From the IMG/VR virus record IMGVR_UViG_3300026076_000002: a stretch of 64,000 bases of DNA; one strand, given 5' to 3'. A program made the translations under genes and the position numbers. This DNA comes from a virus. Below are positions 51,064 through 59,888 of this stretch, piece after piece. Position 1 is the first letter of the stretch, and every line of letters begins with the position of its first letter. Under the pieces are notes generated by a model, which was given only the letters and a program-made list of their open reading frames with translations, ran no database searches and was not told the origin of the DNA.

Positions 51064-51314
51064 TTTTTCTATCAAAACCATCAGTCTATACACTTCCAGG
51101 TACTTGGGAGAAGCAACCTATGATTCCACATGGACATCTAACACCTGACCAAGGACTAATTTTGTTTATTGGTCTTTTTGTGCTATCATTAGTAGGGTAT
51201 GGAATATACCTTACCGTAGGATCTGGTAAAAAAGATTTAAGAGATCCTATTGATGAGCATGCTAAGATGCATGAACTCGGAATAGCACATGGACACACTC
51301 CTAAAAAGAAATGA
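51060..51314 (+). CDS. psbN: PsbN-like photosystem assembly protein
   Basis: TM helix followed by GYGIYLTVGSGKKDLRDPIDEH (cf. PsbN GYxxYxxFGxxSxxLRDPFEEH). Confidence 0.8.
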   Translation: MIFLSKPSVYTLPGTWEKQPMIPHGHLTPDQGLILFIGLFVLSLVGYGIYLTVGSGKKDLRDPIDEHAKMHELGIAHGHTPKKK

Positions 51315-51511
51315 CACTATCTGATCAAACAAAAGATTACCTAGGTGAAGCTGAAGGTAACATTCGTAATGCAATTAGAGGTGCTGCTCGTTGTGAGTCT
51401 CCTTTAGTAGTAAGTCAGTTGGCAAAATTGTTAACTGACATACAGCATGTTAGAGACTTTGAGAGTCTCCATGACTTATTAGAAAGGAACGTTGAAACTG
51501 AAACTGATTAA
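51311..51511 (+). CDS. Hypothetical protein
   Basis: ORF track; coupled gene. Confidence 0.65.
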   Translation: MTLSDQTKDYLGEAEGNIRNAIRGAARCESPLVVSQLAKLLTDIQHVRDFESLHDLLERNVETETD

Positions 51512-52536
51512 TGGATTTTTTAAAAGAACTTGAAAAGGTTGTAGGTGATGAGTTTAGTTCTCTTGCCGAATCTATAAATGATGAGGAACAGTATGTAGAT
51601 ACAGGTTCCTATGTTCTAAATGCTTTAGTTAGTGGTAGTATCTTTGGTGGTGTATCGAAGAAAAGGATTACTGCTATAGCAGGTGAGACCAGTACAGGTA
51701 AAACCTTCCTGTCACTGGCGGTGGTTAAGAATTTCCTTGACCATGACCCAACAGCATCGATTGTATACTTTGATTCAGAGTCTGCAATCACAACGGACAT
51801 GTTAGATGAAAGACAGATCGATAGATCTAGATTTTTCCTAATGAAATGTGCGACTGTCGAGACATTTAGACACAAAGCCTATGCTGCACTGGACGTATAC
51901 TGTAAAAAACCTGAAGAAGAACGCAAACCTTGTATGTTTGTGTTAGACTCATTAGGGATGCTTTCCACAGAGAAAGAAAGTACCGACATATTAAATAATA
52001 AACAGGTACGGGATATGACCAAATCCCAATTAGTGAAGGCTACGTTCAGAACATTAACTCTGAAACTAGGTCAAGCTAACATCCCATTAATAGTTACTAA
52101 CCACACCTACGATGTTATCGGATCTTATGTCCCTACTAAAGAAATGGGAGGAGGCAGCGGCCTCAAGTATGCAGCCAGTACAATCATATATCTCAGCAAA
52201 GGTAAGGAAAAGGAAGGAACGGAAGTCGTTGGCAATGTTATCAAAGCAAAGACACATAAATCACGTTTAACAAAAGAGAACCGTGAGATAAAGACTCGTC
52301 TATACTATGACCACCGTGGTCTTGATCGTTACTATGGTCTCCTAGAATTAGGAGAACTTGGTGGACTGTGGAAGAATGTTGCAGGTAGGTATGAGATGGA
52401 TGGTAAAAAGTTATATGCCAAACAGATCCTTGCTGATCCAGAAACCTACTTTAATGATCAAGTGATGCAAGCACTTGATGAAATAGCACAAAACGAATTT
52501 AGTTATGGCGGAAAGGATTCCACTAACAATCCTTAA
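51511..52536 (+). CDS. uvsX: RecA-like recombinase UvsX
   Basis: DTGSY, AGETSTGKT, DSE, LDSLGML, MGGGSGLKYAAS. Confidence 0.96.
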   Translation: MDFLKELEKVVGDEFSSLAESINDEEQYVDTGSYVLNALVSGSIFGGVSKKRITAIAGETSTGKTFLSLAVVKNFLDHDPTASIVYFDSESAITTDMLDERQIDRSRFFLMKCATVETFRHKAYAALDVYCKKPEEERKPCMFVLDSLGMLSTEKESTDILNNKQVRDMTKSQLVKATFRTLTLKLGQANIPLIVTNHTYDVIGSYVPTKEMGGGSGLKYAASTIIYLSKGKEKEGTEVVGNVIKAKTHKSRLTKENREIKTRLYYDHRGLDRYYGLLELGELGGLWKNVAGRYEMDGKKLYAKQILADPETYFNDQVMQALDEIAQNEFSYGGKDSTNNP

Positions 52537-53884
52537 GAATCTTCTTCATAACGAGAAATATACAAGAAAAGTTCTACCATTTATCAAAGAGGAATTCTTT
52601 GATGAAAGGACTGATCGTGTAGTCTTTGAAGAAATAGGTGGTCATGTTCAGTTGTATGATGGACTACCTACCAAAGAAGTTCTCCATATTGAAATAGAAG
52701 GTCGAGATGATCTATCCCAAGATGAGCATAAACTCATCTTGGATACTATAGATTGTCTAGAAGAATCTGAGGTAGACCACAAATGGTTACTTGACACTAC
52801 TGAGAAGTGGTGCAAGGAACGTGCTATCTACTTGGCACTCATGCAGTCTATTAAGATTGCTGATGGTCAGGATGAGAAGAAACAACCTGATGCTATACCA
52901 TCTATACTTTCTGATGCATTAGCAGTATCCTTTGATGATCACATAGGACATGACTACATCGATGATTCAGAAGATCGCTTTGCATATTATCACCGAGTCG
53001 AACGTAAGACATCCTTTGATCTTGAGATGTTCAATAAGATTACTGCGGGTGGACTATCAAATAAGACACTTAACATCGCTCTTGCTGGCACAGGTGTGGG
53101 TAAGAGTCTCTTTATGTGCCATGTCGCTGCAAGCGTTCTCACAGAAGGAAAGAATGTTTTATACATCACACTTGAGATGGCAGAAGAGAAGATTGCAGAA
53201 AGAATCGATGCAAACTTACTTAATGTTAATATCCAAGAGATACAGGATATCCCAAAGTCTACATTCACCAAGAAAATTGACAAACTTAGAGACAAGACGA
53301 AAGGGAAACTGATTGTTAAAGAGTATCCTACTGCTTCAGCACATACTGGACACTTTAAAGCATTGTTGAATGAGTTGTCCTTGAAGAAATCCTTTAAACC
53401 TGATATAATATTTGTAGATTATTTAAACATCTGTTCGTCATCTCGTTATAGAGGTGCAGTTAACGTAAATTCTTATTCCTATGTCAAGGCAATCGCAGAA
53501 GAACTTAGAGGACTCGCTGTCGAATTTGACTTACCAATTGTCTCAGCTACGCAGACTACTAGGTCTGGTTTTGCTAGTTCAGATCCTAATCTTACTGACA
53601 CATCTGAATCTTTTGGTCTCCCTGCTACTGCTGACCTTATGTTTGCTCTTATTAGTACAGAAGAGCTGGAGGGACTTAATCAAATAATGGTCAAGCAGTT
53701 GAAGAATAGGTACAATGATCCTACTATGAACAAGAGATTTGTTGTTGGTATTGATCGTGCTAAGATGAGATTGTATGACTGTGAGCAAGCAGCACAGGAG
53801 GATATAGTTGACGACACAGATGAAGTAAAGTATAATAAGAAAGACAATAGTTCACATGCTAAGTTTGATGACTTCAAATTTTAA
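52505..53884 (+). CDS. g41: Replicative helicase gp41
   Basis: LAGTGVGKS, ITLEMAEE, VDYLN, SATQTTR, SESFGLP, QLKNRY. Confidence 0.97.
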   Translation: MAERIPLTILKNLLHNEKYTRKVLPFIKEEFFDERTDRVVFEEIGGHVQLYDGLPTKEVLHIEIEGRDDLSQDEHKLILDTIDCLEESEVDHKWLLDTTEKWCKERAIYLALMQSIKIADGQDEKKQPDAIPSILSDALAVSFDDHIGHDYIDDSEDRFAYYHRVERKTSFDLEMFNKITAGGLSNKTLNIALAGTGVGKSLFMCHVAASVLTEGKNVLYITLEMAEEKIAERIDANLLNVNIQEIQDIPKSTFTKKIDKLRDKTKGKLIVKEYPTASAHTGHFKALLNELSLKKSFKPDIIFVDYLNICSSSRYRGAVNVNSYSYVKAIAEELRGLAVEFDLPIVSATQTTRSGFASSDPNLTDTSESFGLPATADLMFALISTEELEGLNQIMVKQLKNRYNDPTMNKRFVVGIDRAKMRLYDCEQAAQEDIVDDTDEVKYNKKDNSSHAKFDDFKF

Positions 53885-54269
53885 TAAGTATACTCAATTT
53901 GTAAACAGTGTTACAAGTATTCCTTCACAAGACTCCGATGCTTTTATATACCGTTTACAGGAACTTGGTGGTGATGTCGCTATTCAACGCCTCCTTACTG
54001 CTGCTGTTGGTATTAGTGCCGAGGGTGGTGAGTTTATGGAAATTGTTAAGAAAATGATTTTCCAAGGTAAACCTGCTAATGCAGATAACCTAGAGCATCT
54101 TAAGATAGAACTTGGTGATGTTATGTGGTATGTAGCACAGGCATGTATGGCATTAGAAATTGATATGGATGAGGTATTAGATACTAATATTAAGAAGTTA
54201 GAGAAAAGATATGAAGATGGGCACTTCTCCGAGTACTATAGTGAGAATAGGAAAGCAGGTGATAGATGA
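53868..54269 (+). CDS. mazG: MazG-family pyrophosphohydrolase
   Basis: AEGGEFMEIVKK, ELGDVMWY, NIKKLEKRY. Confidence 0.93.
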   Translation: MTSNFNKYTQFVNSVTSIPSQDSDAFIYRLQELGGDVAIQRLLTAAVGISAEGGEFMEIVKKMIFQGKPANADNLEHLKIELGDVMWYVAQACMALEIDMDEVLDTNIKKLEKRYEDGHFSEYYSENRKAGDR

Positions 54270-55189
54270 AGGATGTAATATTGTATGGTGACTGTCGTGA
54301 AACATTAGATGGATTCCTACCTAATAGTGCTAGAACATGTGTCACCTCACCACCTTACTATGGTCTAAGAGATTATGGTAAAGAGGATAAGCAGATAGGT
54401 CAAGAAGATACACCAGAAGAATACATTGAAAACCTTGTAGGTATATTCAGGAAGGTACGTGATGTACTGACTGATGATGGTACACTATGGTTAAACATAG
54501 GAGACTCATACTATAACTATAGACCAGGTAAGGCATATCCTAAACAAACTGTAAGTAAAACCAAGCAAGATTTACCAGACTACACACCTAAACGTAGTAA
54601 TAAACTAGAAGGACTGAAAGAAAAAGACCTTATAGGTATACCATGGATGCTTGCTTTTGCATTACGTGCTGATGGATGGTACTTGAGACAGGATATTATA
54701 TGGAACAAACCAAATCCTATGCCTGAGTCAGTTAAGGATAGATGTACTAAGTCACATGAGTACATATTTCTTTTAAGTAAGAGTAAAAACTATTACTATG
54801 ACAACGAAGCAATTAAAGAACCTGCTACTGACTGGGGAACTAGAGATAGAAGTAAAGGTAAGTACACAAGTACAAATGAGTATGGACAGTCTCCACATTC
54901 AGGATTAACAAAGAGTTATCCAACTAAGAATAAAAGATCTGTATGGTCAGTAACTAAGAAACCATACAAGGGTGCTCACTTTGCTACTTATCCCCCCGAT
55001 CTAATTGAACCATGCATCAAGGCAGGGAGTAAGAAAGGAGATAATGTATTAGATCCATTCATGGGTAGTGGTACTACTGCTATGGTTGCAAGATCATTAG
55101 GTAGATACTATCTTGGTTGTGAACTCCATGAACAATATGAAGATCTTATACATCAAAGAGTACCAACCGCCCTACCATTTGATACATAG
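54266..55189 (+). CDS. DNA methyltransferase, N4C/N6A beta class
   Basis: TSPPYY precedes DPFMGSGTT; WNKPNPMPES; HFATYP. Confidence 0.9.
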   Translation: MKDVILYGDCRETLDGFLPNSARTCVTSPPYYGLRDYGKEDKQIGQEDTPEEYIENLVGIFRKVRDVLTDDGTLWLNIGDSYYNYRPGKAYPKQTVSKTKQDLPDYTPKRSNKLEGLKEKDLIGIPWMLAFALRADGWYLRQDIIWNKPNPMPESVKDRCTKSHEYIFLLSKSKNYYYDNEAIKEPATDWGTRDRSKGKYTSTNEYGQSPHSGLTKSYPTKNKRSVWSVTKKPYKGAHFATYPPDLIEPCIKAGSKKGDNVLDPFMGSGTTAMVARSLGRYYLGCELHEQYEDLIHQRVPTALPFDT

Positions 55190-55198
55190 TAAAAACAC

Positions 55199-55417
55199 AT
55201 GATTATGAAAGACAAAATAGTCAATGCATTGATAGCACATGCTAAAGGTGACATTGAAAAGCATAAGATGAACGTTGAAGTTTATCTGAATAACCCTGCT
55301 GGTATTGGTGAACACTCTGACATTCTTGAAGCAATCGAGAATGAACTTAACATGATTGCTAAGTATGAGGATCAAGTCGAAATATTAAATAAATACTTCA
55401 AGAAGCATACTATGTAA
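55199..55417 (+). CDS. Conserved hypothetical protein
   Basis: NVEVYLNNPAGIGEHSDI. Confidence 0.75.
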   Translation: MIMKDKIVNALIAHAKGDIEKHKMNVEVYLNNPAGIGEHSDILEAIENELNMIAKYEDQVEILNKYFKKHTM

Positions 55418-56299
55418 TTGCAAGTAACCGACTACTCGGAAGATTTATATGGGGGTGACCCTGACTATACAGATTACGTCAACACAGGTGGTGTAGCTAA
55501 TAAGTCGGGTAAAGTTAACATGGGATTCATTTTAGAATCCAAGTTATACTCCCAGTATAGAACAGTCGGAATGATACCTCAAGGATTTACACCAGCAGGG
55601 GCATCTAATACTGCTGCTGACTTAGAATTACTCGTTAAGAATTATAATTTACTTAATCAAGATCTCATTACACGTATACGTGTTGAGGTTAAGTTAGATA
55701 CTACTGCTGACTATGGGCAAAGTGGTCTTAAATGGAGGACTGGTAGTCACTGGTATATAACTGGTAAGCAAGATACAGCATCAGTTAACATGCAAAACAT
55801 GTTGAAGAGTATGAATATAGAAAGGACTGTTAATAATATATGGCCTCAAGATATGCCAAACCTATTCAAGTATAACTCTGCTAGGGAAGTACCTGATATG
55901 GAGAAGGAGTCTGATAAGGAAAGATATAAGAGTAAAATGATAAAGGGTGAGGAGTTCTTGAATACTTTTCAAGACTATTACCTAGGTAAGAATATTCCTT
56001 ATATACAAATAGGTGATTATGGGTTATACTACCTGAAAGGACATGACCCTGCTGGTCTAAAGTTTGTAGGTGCTTCAGATTTTAATTCATCTGGTGCAAG
56101 TATGAAACTAAGGATTAGAAATAAACCTAGCGGTGGAGGTAACTATAGGTTCTCTACTGCATTGCTTATAGATAGAAAACCTAGAAGATCTGGGTTTGAT
56201 CTAGACGGTAATGCTGACATGGCAAGACTACAAGGTGATGCTGTCATGTGTACAGATGCACCACCACAACTTAAAAAACAAAGACTACTATTCCAATGA
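55418..56299 (+). CDS. Putative PD-(D/E)xK nuclease-like protein
   Basis: E...AD...EVK spacing (ILE...ADLEL...VEVKL), ADYGQ, YIQIG..GLY; start codon uncertain. Confidence 0.45.
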   Translation: MQVTDYSEDLYGGDPDYTDYVNTGGVANKSGKVNMGFILESKLYSQYRTVGMIPQGFTPAGASNTAADLELLVKNYNLLNQDLITRIRVEVKLDTTADYGQSGLKWRTGSHWYITGKQDTASVNMQNMLKSMNIERTVNNIWPQDMPNLFKYNSAREVPDMEKESDKERYKSKMIKGEEFLNTFQDYYLGKNIPYIQIGDYGLYYLKGHDPAGLKFVGASDFNSSGASMKLRIRNKPSGGGNYRFSTALLIDRKPRRSGFDLDGNADMARLQGDAVMCTDAPPQLKKQRLLFQ

Positions 56300-56484
56300 G
56301 AAAATTATTACTGCTACCAATTACTTTACTATTAGTGGGATGCGATCCTTCAGGTGGTATGGGTAGTTTTAATTGGTCACCACCAGGTGAACCAGATGGG
56401 CAAACATGTGAATCAACAGCAGGTTTCTGGCAACAGTATTGCGGTACTGGAGAACATCCTAACATATGTGATTGTTACCAATGA
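56296..56484 (+). CDS. Small Cys-rich lipoprotein
   Basis: MRK, a hydrophobic run and lipobox LVGC; four further Cys. Confidence 0.65.
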   Translation: MRKLLLLPITLLLVGCDPSGGMGSFNWSPPGEPDGQTCESTAGFWQQYCGTGEHPNICDCYQ

Positions 56485-56783
56485 ATAAATTATTAGAGCA
56501 TCTGATCATCGCATACTCCTTTGATAGGAAGAAGGTTGAGCGTTTGCCTAATGAGATTGAGAACTTTTCCAGATTCTTTGTTGAATTTGGATCACCTATC
56601 TCAGAAGATAAGTATAAATATAATCAATATACTACGCTTGGACTAGCGTTTATTCGTCAACACCGCAACGAAATCTACAGAAGAATCCGTGAAGCAGTTC
56701 GATCAGTTCATAACAGAAGCAAGAATAACACGAGCTTCAACTCAGGCAAAACGCCTAGGTCTCGTAGGAGACGGGCATGGTGA
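56481..56783 (+). CDS. Hypothetical protein
   Basis: ATGA-coupled to the lipoprotein gene; 3' end overlaps the next gene. Confidence 0.5.
   Translation: MNKLLEHLIIAYSFDRKKVERLPNEIENFSRFFVEFGSPISEDKYKYNQYTTLGLAFIRQHRNEIYRRIREAVRSVHNRSKNNTSFNSGKTPRSRRRRAW
56613..56620 (+). promoter_or_regulatory. Late promoter TATAAATA
   Basis: Exact T4 late consensus about 70 nt before the 56689 gene. Confidence 0.6.
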
Positions 56784-57579
56784 TTGGTATGACCGTCAAG
56801 GTCAACTAAAAGCCAAGACTATTCGTGGCGAACTTAAAATGTTCGATGCGAGAAAAGCAGCTCAGGGTGAAGATGAACGTGAGAAAAATTCACAGACATT
56901 AGCGTCACGTAGTGGTGCTAGTGCTACTGCTACCGCTACTGCTAGTAGTGCAGGTCAGGTAAAACCAGATGTAGATAGGATGGGACGTGCCCTATCTAAC
57001 TTCCAAGCAAAACAACAATTTGATCAGGCAGCAAGAGACGAACCATTAACAGTTGCCTTTGATAAGTTTGATGATGACGTAGTAGGTGATAATATAATAG
57101 CAACAGCAGCACAGACATCAGAAGAATTCTATATCTTCCCTTCTAGGGATGCTGATATCAAACGTTTGAAGGAAGCACACCCAGATTTACAAGAAGCAAT
57201 AATAGATGATGCTAATGCTGAGACAATTTATGACGTACTACAATCAATATATGAGAATGGTTATAACTCTTTGAACATAGTAGTAAGACAGTCTAGAGCA
57301 CAGGAGATTGCTAAGTTAGCAATGGAGCAGAACGGTAAGTTATATAATTATGTCATGCTTAACGTAATACCAGTTGATGAAAGGACTTTGAGAGAACAGT
57401 ATGTGTCAGGTGACCTGTTCAAGGTAGGTACATTTGTTGAATCTAGTGATAGTGTTGGTAAAATTATAAGACGTGGTGCTAACCATTTGATATGTGTTGA
57501 TGAGAATGCACGTATGTTTAGGACATGGATAACTGAGTGTAGGGAAGTGGGTAAGTTTAATCTTGGAGTAGATTTCTAA
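56689..57579 (+). CDS. Cytidylyltransferase-like protein with a degenerate active site and a capsid-targeting-like N-terminus
   Basis: MKQFDQFITEA; LGLVGDGHGDWYD; LTVAF...; YNY; REQYVSGDLFKVG...GKIIRRGANHLIC. Confidence 0.6.
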   Translation: MKQFDQFITEARITRASTQAKRLGLVGDGHGDWYDRQGQLKAKTIRGELKMFDARKAAQGEDEREKNSQTLASRSGASATATATASSAGQVKPDVDRMGRALSNFQAKQQFDQAARDEPLTVAFDKFDDDVVGDNIIATAAQTSEEFYIFPSRDADIKRLKEAHPDLQEAIIDDANAETIYDVLQSIYENGYNSLNIVVRQSRAQEIAKLAMEQNGKLYNYVMLNVIPVDERTLREQYVSGDLFKVGTFVESSDSVGKIIRRGANHLICVDENARMFRTWITECREVGKFNLGVDF

Positions 57580-57586
57580 ATAAATA
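57576..57586 (+). promoter_or_regulatory. Putative late promoter (CTAAATAAATA)
   Basis: About 25 nt upstream of the 57611 ATG. Confidence 0.6.
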
Positions 57587-57610
57587 ATAGGACAAAGTAT
57601 CAATTGACCA

Positions 57611-58600
57611 ATGGGAATCTGGAATCAGACATTTGATGATCTACGTAAGCCTTACTTAGAAGGTAAAGATCAGGAAAAGAAATCTAAAGGCAAACGCTGG
57701 CAAGATGATGACGGTGATGGTAAGTGGTACGAAAAAAGTGATGTAGATGGTAAGATTAGTAAACGTGAGAAGGAAGAGAAAAAAAAGAATGAAGCGTATA
57801 CTGTTACTAACGCTGACAAAAAAGGTAACACTAAAGCATACCAAGGATTTGTTGCAGGTATGAAGAGTAAGGTGACAGGTAAGCCAATGTATAAGGCTGC
57901 TGATCATATGAAGACTGAGCATCATTCAAAGGACTGTGACGATACTTGTGAACCAAAGTGTGAGCATGACCAAGAAGTAAAGGAAGATGTTGAATCGATA
58001 GATGAAATAAGTAAGAAGACTTTGGGTAGTTATGTAAAGAAGGCAAGTAAAGAAACCAAAGGAAACTGGGTGGCAACACAGCATGGATCTGGTATACCTA
58101 AGAAAGCAAGAGATATAAAACAAAGGCAGATCAGTAAAAGACTGAAGGGTATGGAGAAGGCAGGTGAGAAGTTGGCGAAAGAAGATGTTGAATTGATAGA
58201 TGAAAGAGGACGTGATGACAGTACTACTCTAGGTGATAGAGCACTAAGTAAAGCAAAGCGTCTAGGTCAGAAGAGGAGAAATTCTAAAGAATATAAGTCA
58301 GGATTGAGACGTGGTACTGGTGCAAAGGAGTATGATAACTACAAACTAGCAAGAAAGCAGCATAGTAATGATGCATCAAGTGAGAATCAGATGAGTAGAT
58401 CTAAACCTCAACGTGGTGAAGGTAACAAAGCAAAGAGAAGAGCAGGTCAAAAGGTGAGAAACACTAGAAACGATAGAGTAGTTAGTACACGTGACGGATT
58501 TAAGGTAGTACGGGGTGAGCATCTTGATTGGAGATCTGATCTAGGTTACATTACAGAAAAATCTGATTGTGACAGTGGAGATAAGAAAGCAAAAAAGTAA
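57611..58600 (+). CDS. Basic modular protein (putative internal head protein), 329-aa zero-frame product
   Basis: Lys/Arg-rich modules separated by xxE motifs; ends GCA AAA AAG TAA. Confidence 0.7.
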   Translation: MGIWNQTFDDLRKPYLEGKDQEKKSKGKRWQDDDGDGKWYEKSDVDGKISKREKEEKKKNEAYTVTNADKKGNTKAYQGFVAGMKSKVTGKPMYKAADHMKTEHHSKDCDDTCEPKCEHDQEVKEDVESIDEISKKTLGSYVKKASKETKGNWVATQHGSGIPKKARDIKQRQISKRLKGMEKAGEKLAKEDVELIDERGRDDSTTLGDRALSKAKRLGQKRRNSKEYKSGLRRGTGAKEYDNYKLARKQHSNDASSENQMSRSKPQRGEGNKAKRRAGQKVRNTRNDRVVSTRDGFKVVRGEHLDWRSDLGYITEKSDCDSGDKKAKK

Positions 58601-58634
58601 AAAAGGGAAAGCACAAGTTTGTAACTGTTTTCCC
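58577..58634 (+). promoter_or_regulatory. Programmed -1 ribosomal frameshift signal
   Basis: GGAG (58577-80), 10 nt, in-frame A_AAA_AAG (58591-97), 7 nt, hairpin GGGAAAGCA/TGTTTTCCC (58605-58634); the -1 frame is open to 59649. Confidence 0.75.
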
Positions 58635-59649
58635 AGACGTTAAAACTGAAGAAACGCTACTGGATAAACGTGCCAAAGCAAATGAGAAAGCACGTAAGTG
58701 GTTAAAGAAGGATGCTAAAGACAGTGGTTACACTGACTTAGCATTAAAAGCATCTATGTCTAAGGGTGCTGGTGTATCTGAAGCAAAGGTGGAGAAGAAC
58801 CGTTCAGATTTCGGTAAAGCATCAGTAAGAAACAAGCGTAAGTATGGTACAGAAGGTGAACCACTTGTAGGTAAGGCAGCAATCTTCCGTCAGAAAGGTG
58901 ACAGAGGTGATTTGATTGATCAAAGAAGAGCAGAGCACAAAGCAAAACGTGGTGTTAAGACTAAGGGTGTATCTGAGGCAAAGGTAGATACAGGTAAGTC
59001 ACCTGAAGGAAAGGAAGCTGCTAGGAACAAACGTAAGTTTGGTACAAGTCACAATCAAGCAAAGACTGGTGCATTAAGAAGGTCTCTTCATAAGATAAGA
59101 CGTGGAGACAAGAAGATAAAAGGTGAAAAACCTTACTATGGTGACGGTGGGTATGCAGCAGAAGGAAAGGAAAAGGGTTTAGACGGTAAAGCATGTTGGA
59201 AAGGGTACAGTCAACGTGGTACTAAGCAGAAAGGTGGTAAGACTGTAGACAACTGTGTAAAAAATGAAGGTGCAATACTTGACATAGTAAAGAAGGGATT
59301 AGGTAAGCACAAGGATGCTATCCAGAAGAGGAGGGTTGCTGCTAGAAAGGCAACTCCTTATGCTGCTATGGCTCAATCATATGAACCACAAGGTAATATG
59401 ATTCCTGAAGAAGGTTATGATAGGATGAGAGATGACAGACTTGTGAAGTATGGTATAGGACATGATGGTTCTGACCGTAGGAGTACCCCAAAAAGACGTA
59501 CACCTGACAACCAAAAGGTTAAAGGTAAGACAGTATTACAGAAACAAGCAGAGAAGAAGTATGGTAAGGGTGCTAGTGCTCTTGACATAGTAAAAGCAAA
59601 GATCAAAGCTAAGCATGGTGATGGTGCTATAATGGATAAGAAGAAATGA
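58597..59649 (+). CDS. -1-frame continuation of the 57611 gene (contains ORF-track 58756-59649); basic modular protein
   Basis: No stop from 58585 to 59646: VKKGKHKFVTVFPDVKTEETLLDKRAKANEKARKWLKKDAKDSGYTDLALKASMSKGAG...; no clear SD before ATG 58756. Confidence 0.7.
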   Translation, partial: VKKGKHKFVTVFPDVKTEETLLDKRAKANEKARKWLKKDAKDSGYTDLALKASMSKGAGVSEAKVEKNRSDFGKASVRNKRKYGTEGEPLVGKAAIFRQKGDRGDLIDQRRAEHKAKRGVKTKGVSEAKVDTGKSPEGKEAARNKRKFGTSHNQAKTGALRRSLHKIRRGDKKIKGEKPYYGDGGYAAEGKEKGLDGKACWKGYSQRGTKQKGGKTVDNCVKNEGAILDIVKKGLGKHKDAIQKRRVAARKATPYAAMAQSYEPQGNMIPEEGYDRMRDDRLVKYGIGHDGSDRRSTPKRRTPDNQKVKGKTVLQKQAEKKYGKGASALDIVKAKIKAKHGDGAIMDKKK

Positions 59650-59888
59650 CTTATCCAGCACCAGATAAGATACCTCATGACCCATGGTTCGAGCAACCAT
59701 GGCAGTATCAGGAGTACTATGTTGAATCTGCTCCTGTAGTTGTGGAAAAGACACCACATGAAACCATATATCAAATAGCTAAGGCTAGTGTTCCTATGGG
59801 TGGGTCTGAGCAGCATATTATTACAGATGAATATGCACCTTGTGATGTAGAATATGACACGATGAATGATCCCTTCGGAGGTTATTGA
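59646..59888 (+). CDS. Hypothetical acidic protein
   Basis: ATGA-coupled; PHDPWF and HETIY motifs. Confidence 0.6.
   Translation: MTYPAPDKIPHDPWFEQPWQYQEYYVESAPVVVEKTPHETIYQIAKASVPMGGSEQHIITDEYAPCDVEYDTMNDPFGGY

Noticed and set aside
58756-59649. Independent gene starting at ATG 58756
   Set aside because: The frame is open 171 nt further upstream to the slippery site and there is no clear SD, so a frameshift extension explains it better. Independent initiation is not excluded.
57611-59649. Pseudogene or sequencing frameshift
   Set aside because: The break coincides with a correctly phased A_AAA_AAG, a spaced SD-like motif and a hairpin, which is unlikely for a random lesion. Reads should still be checked.
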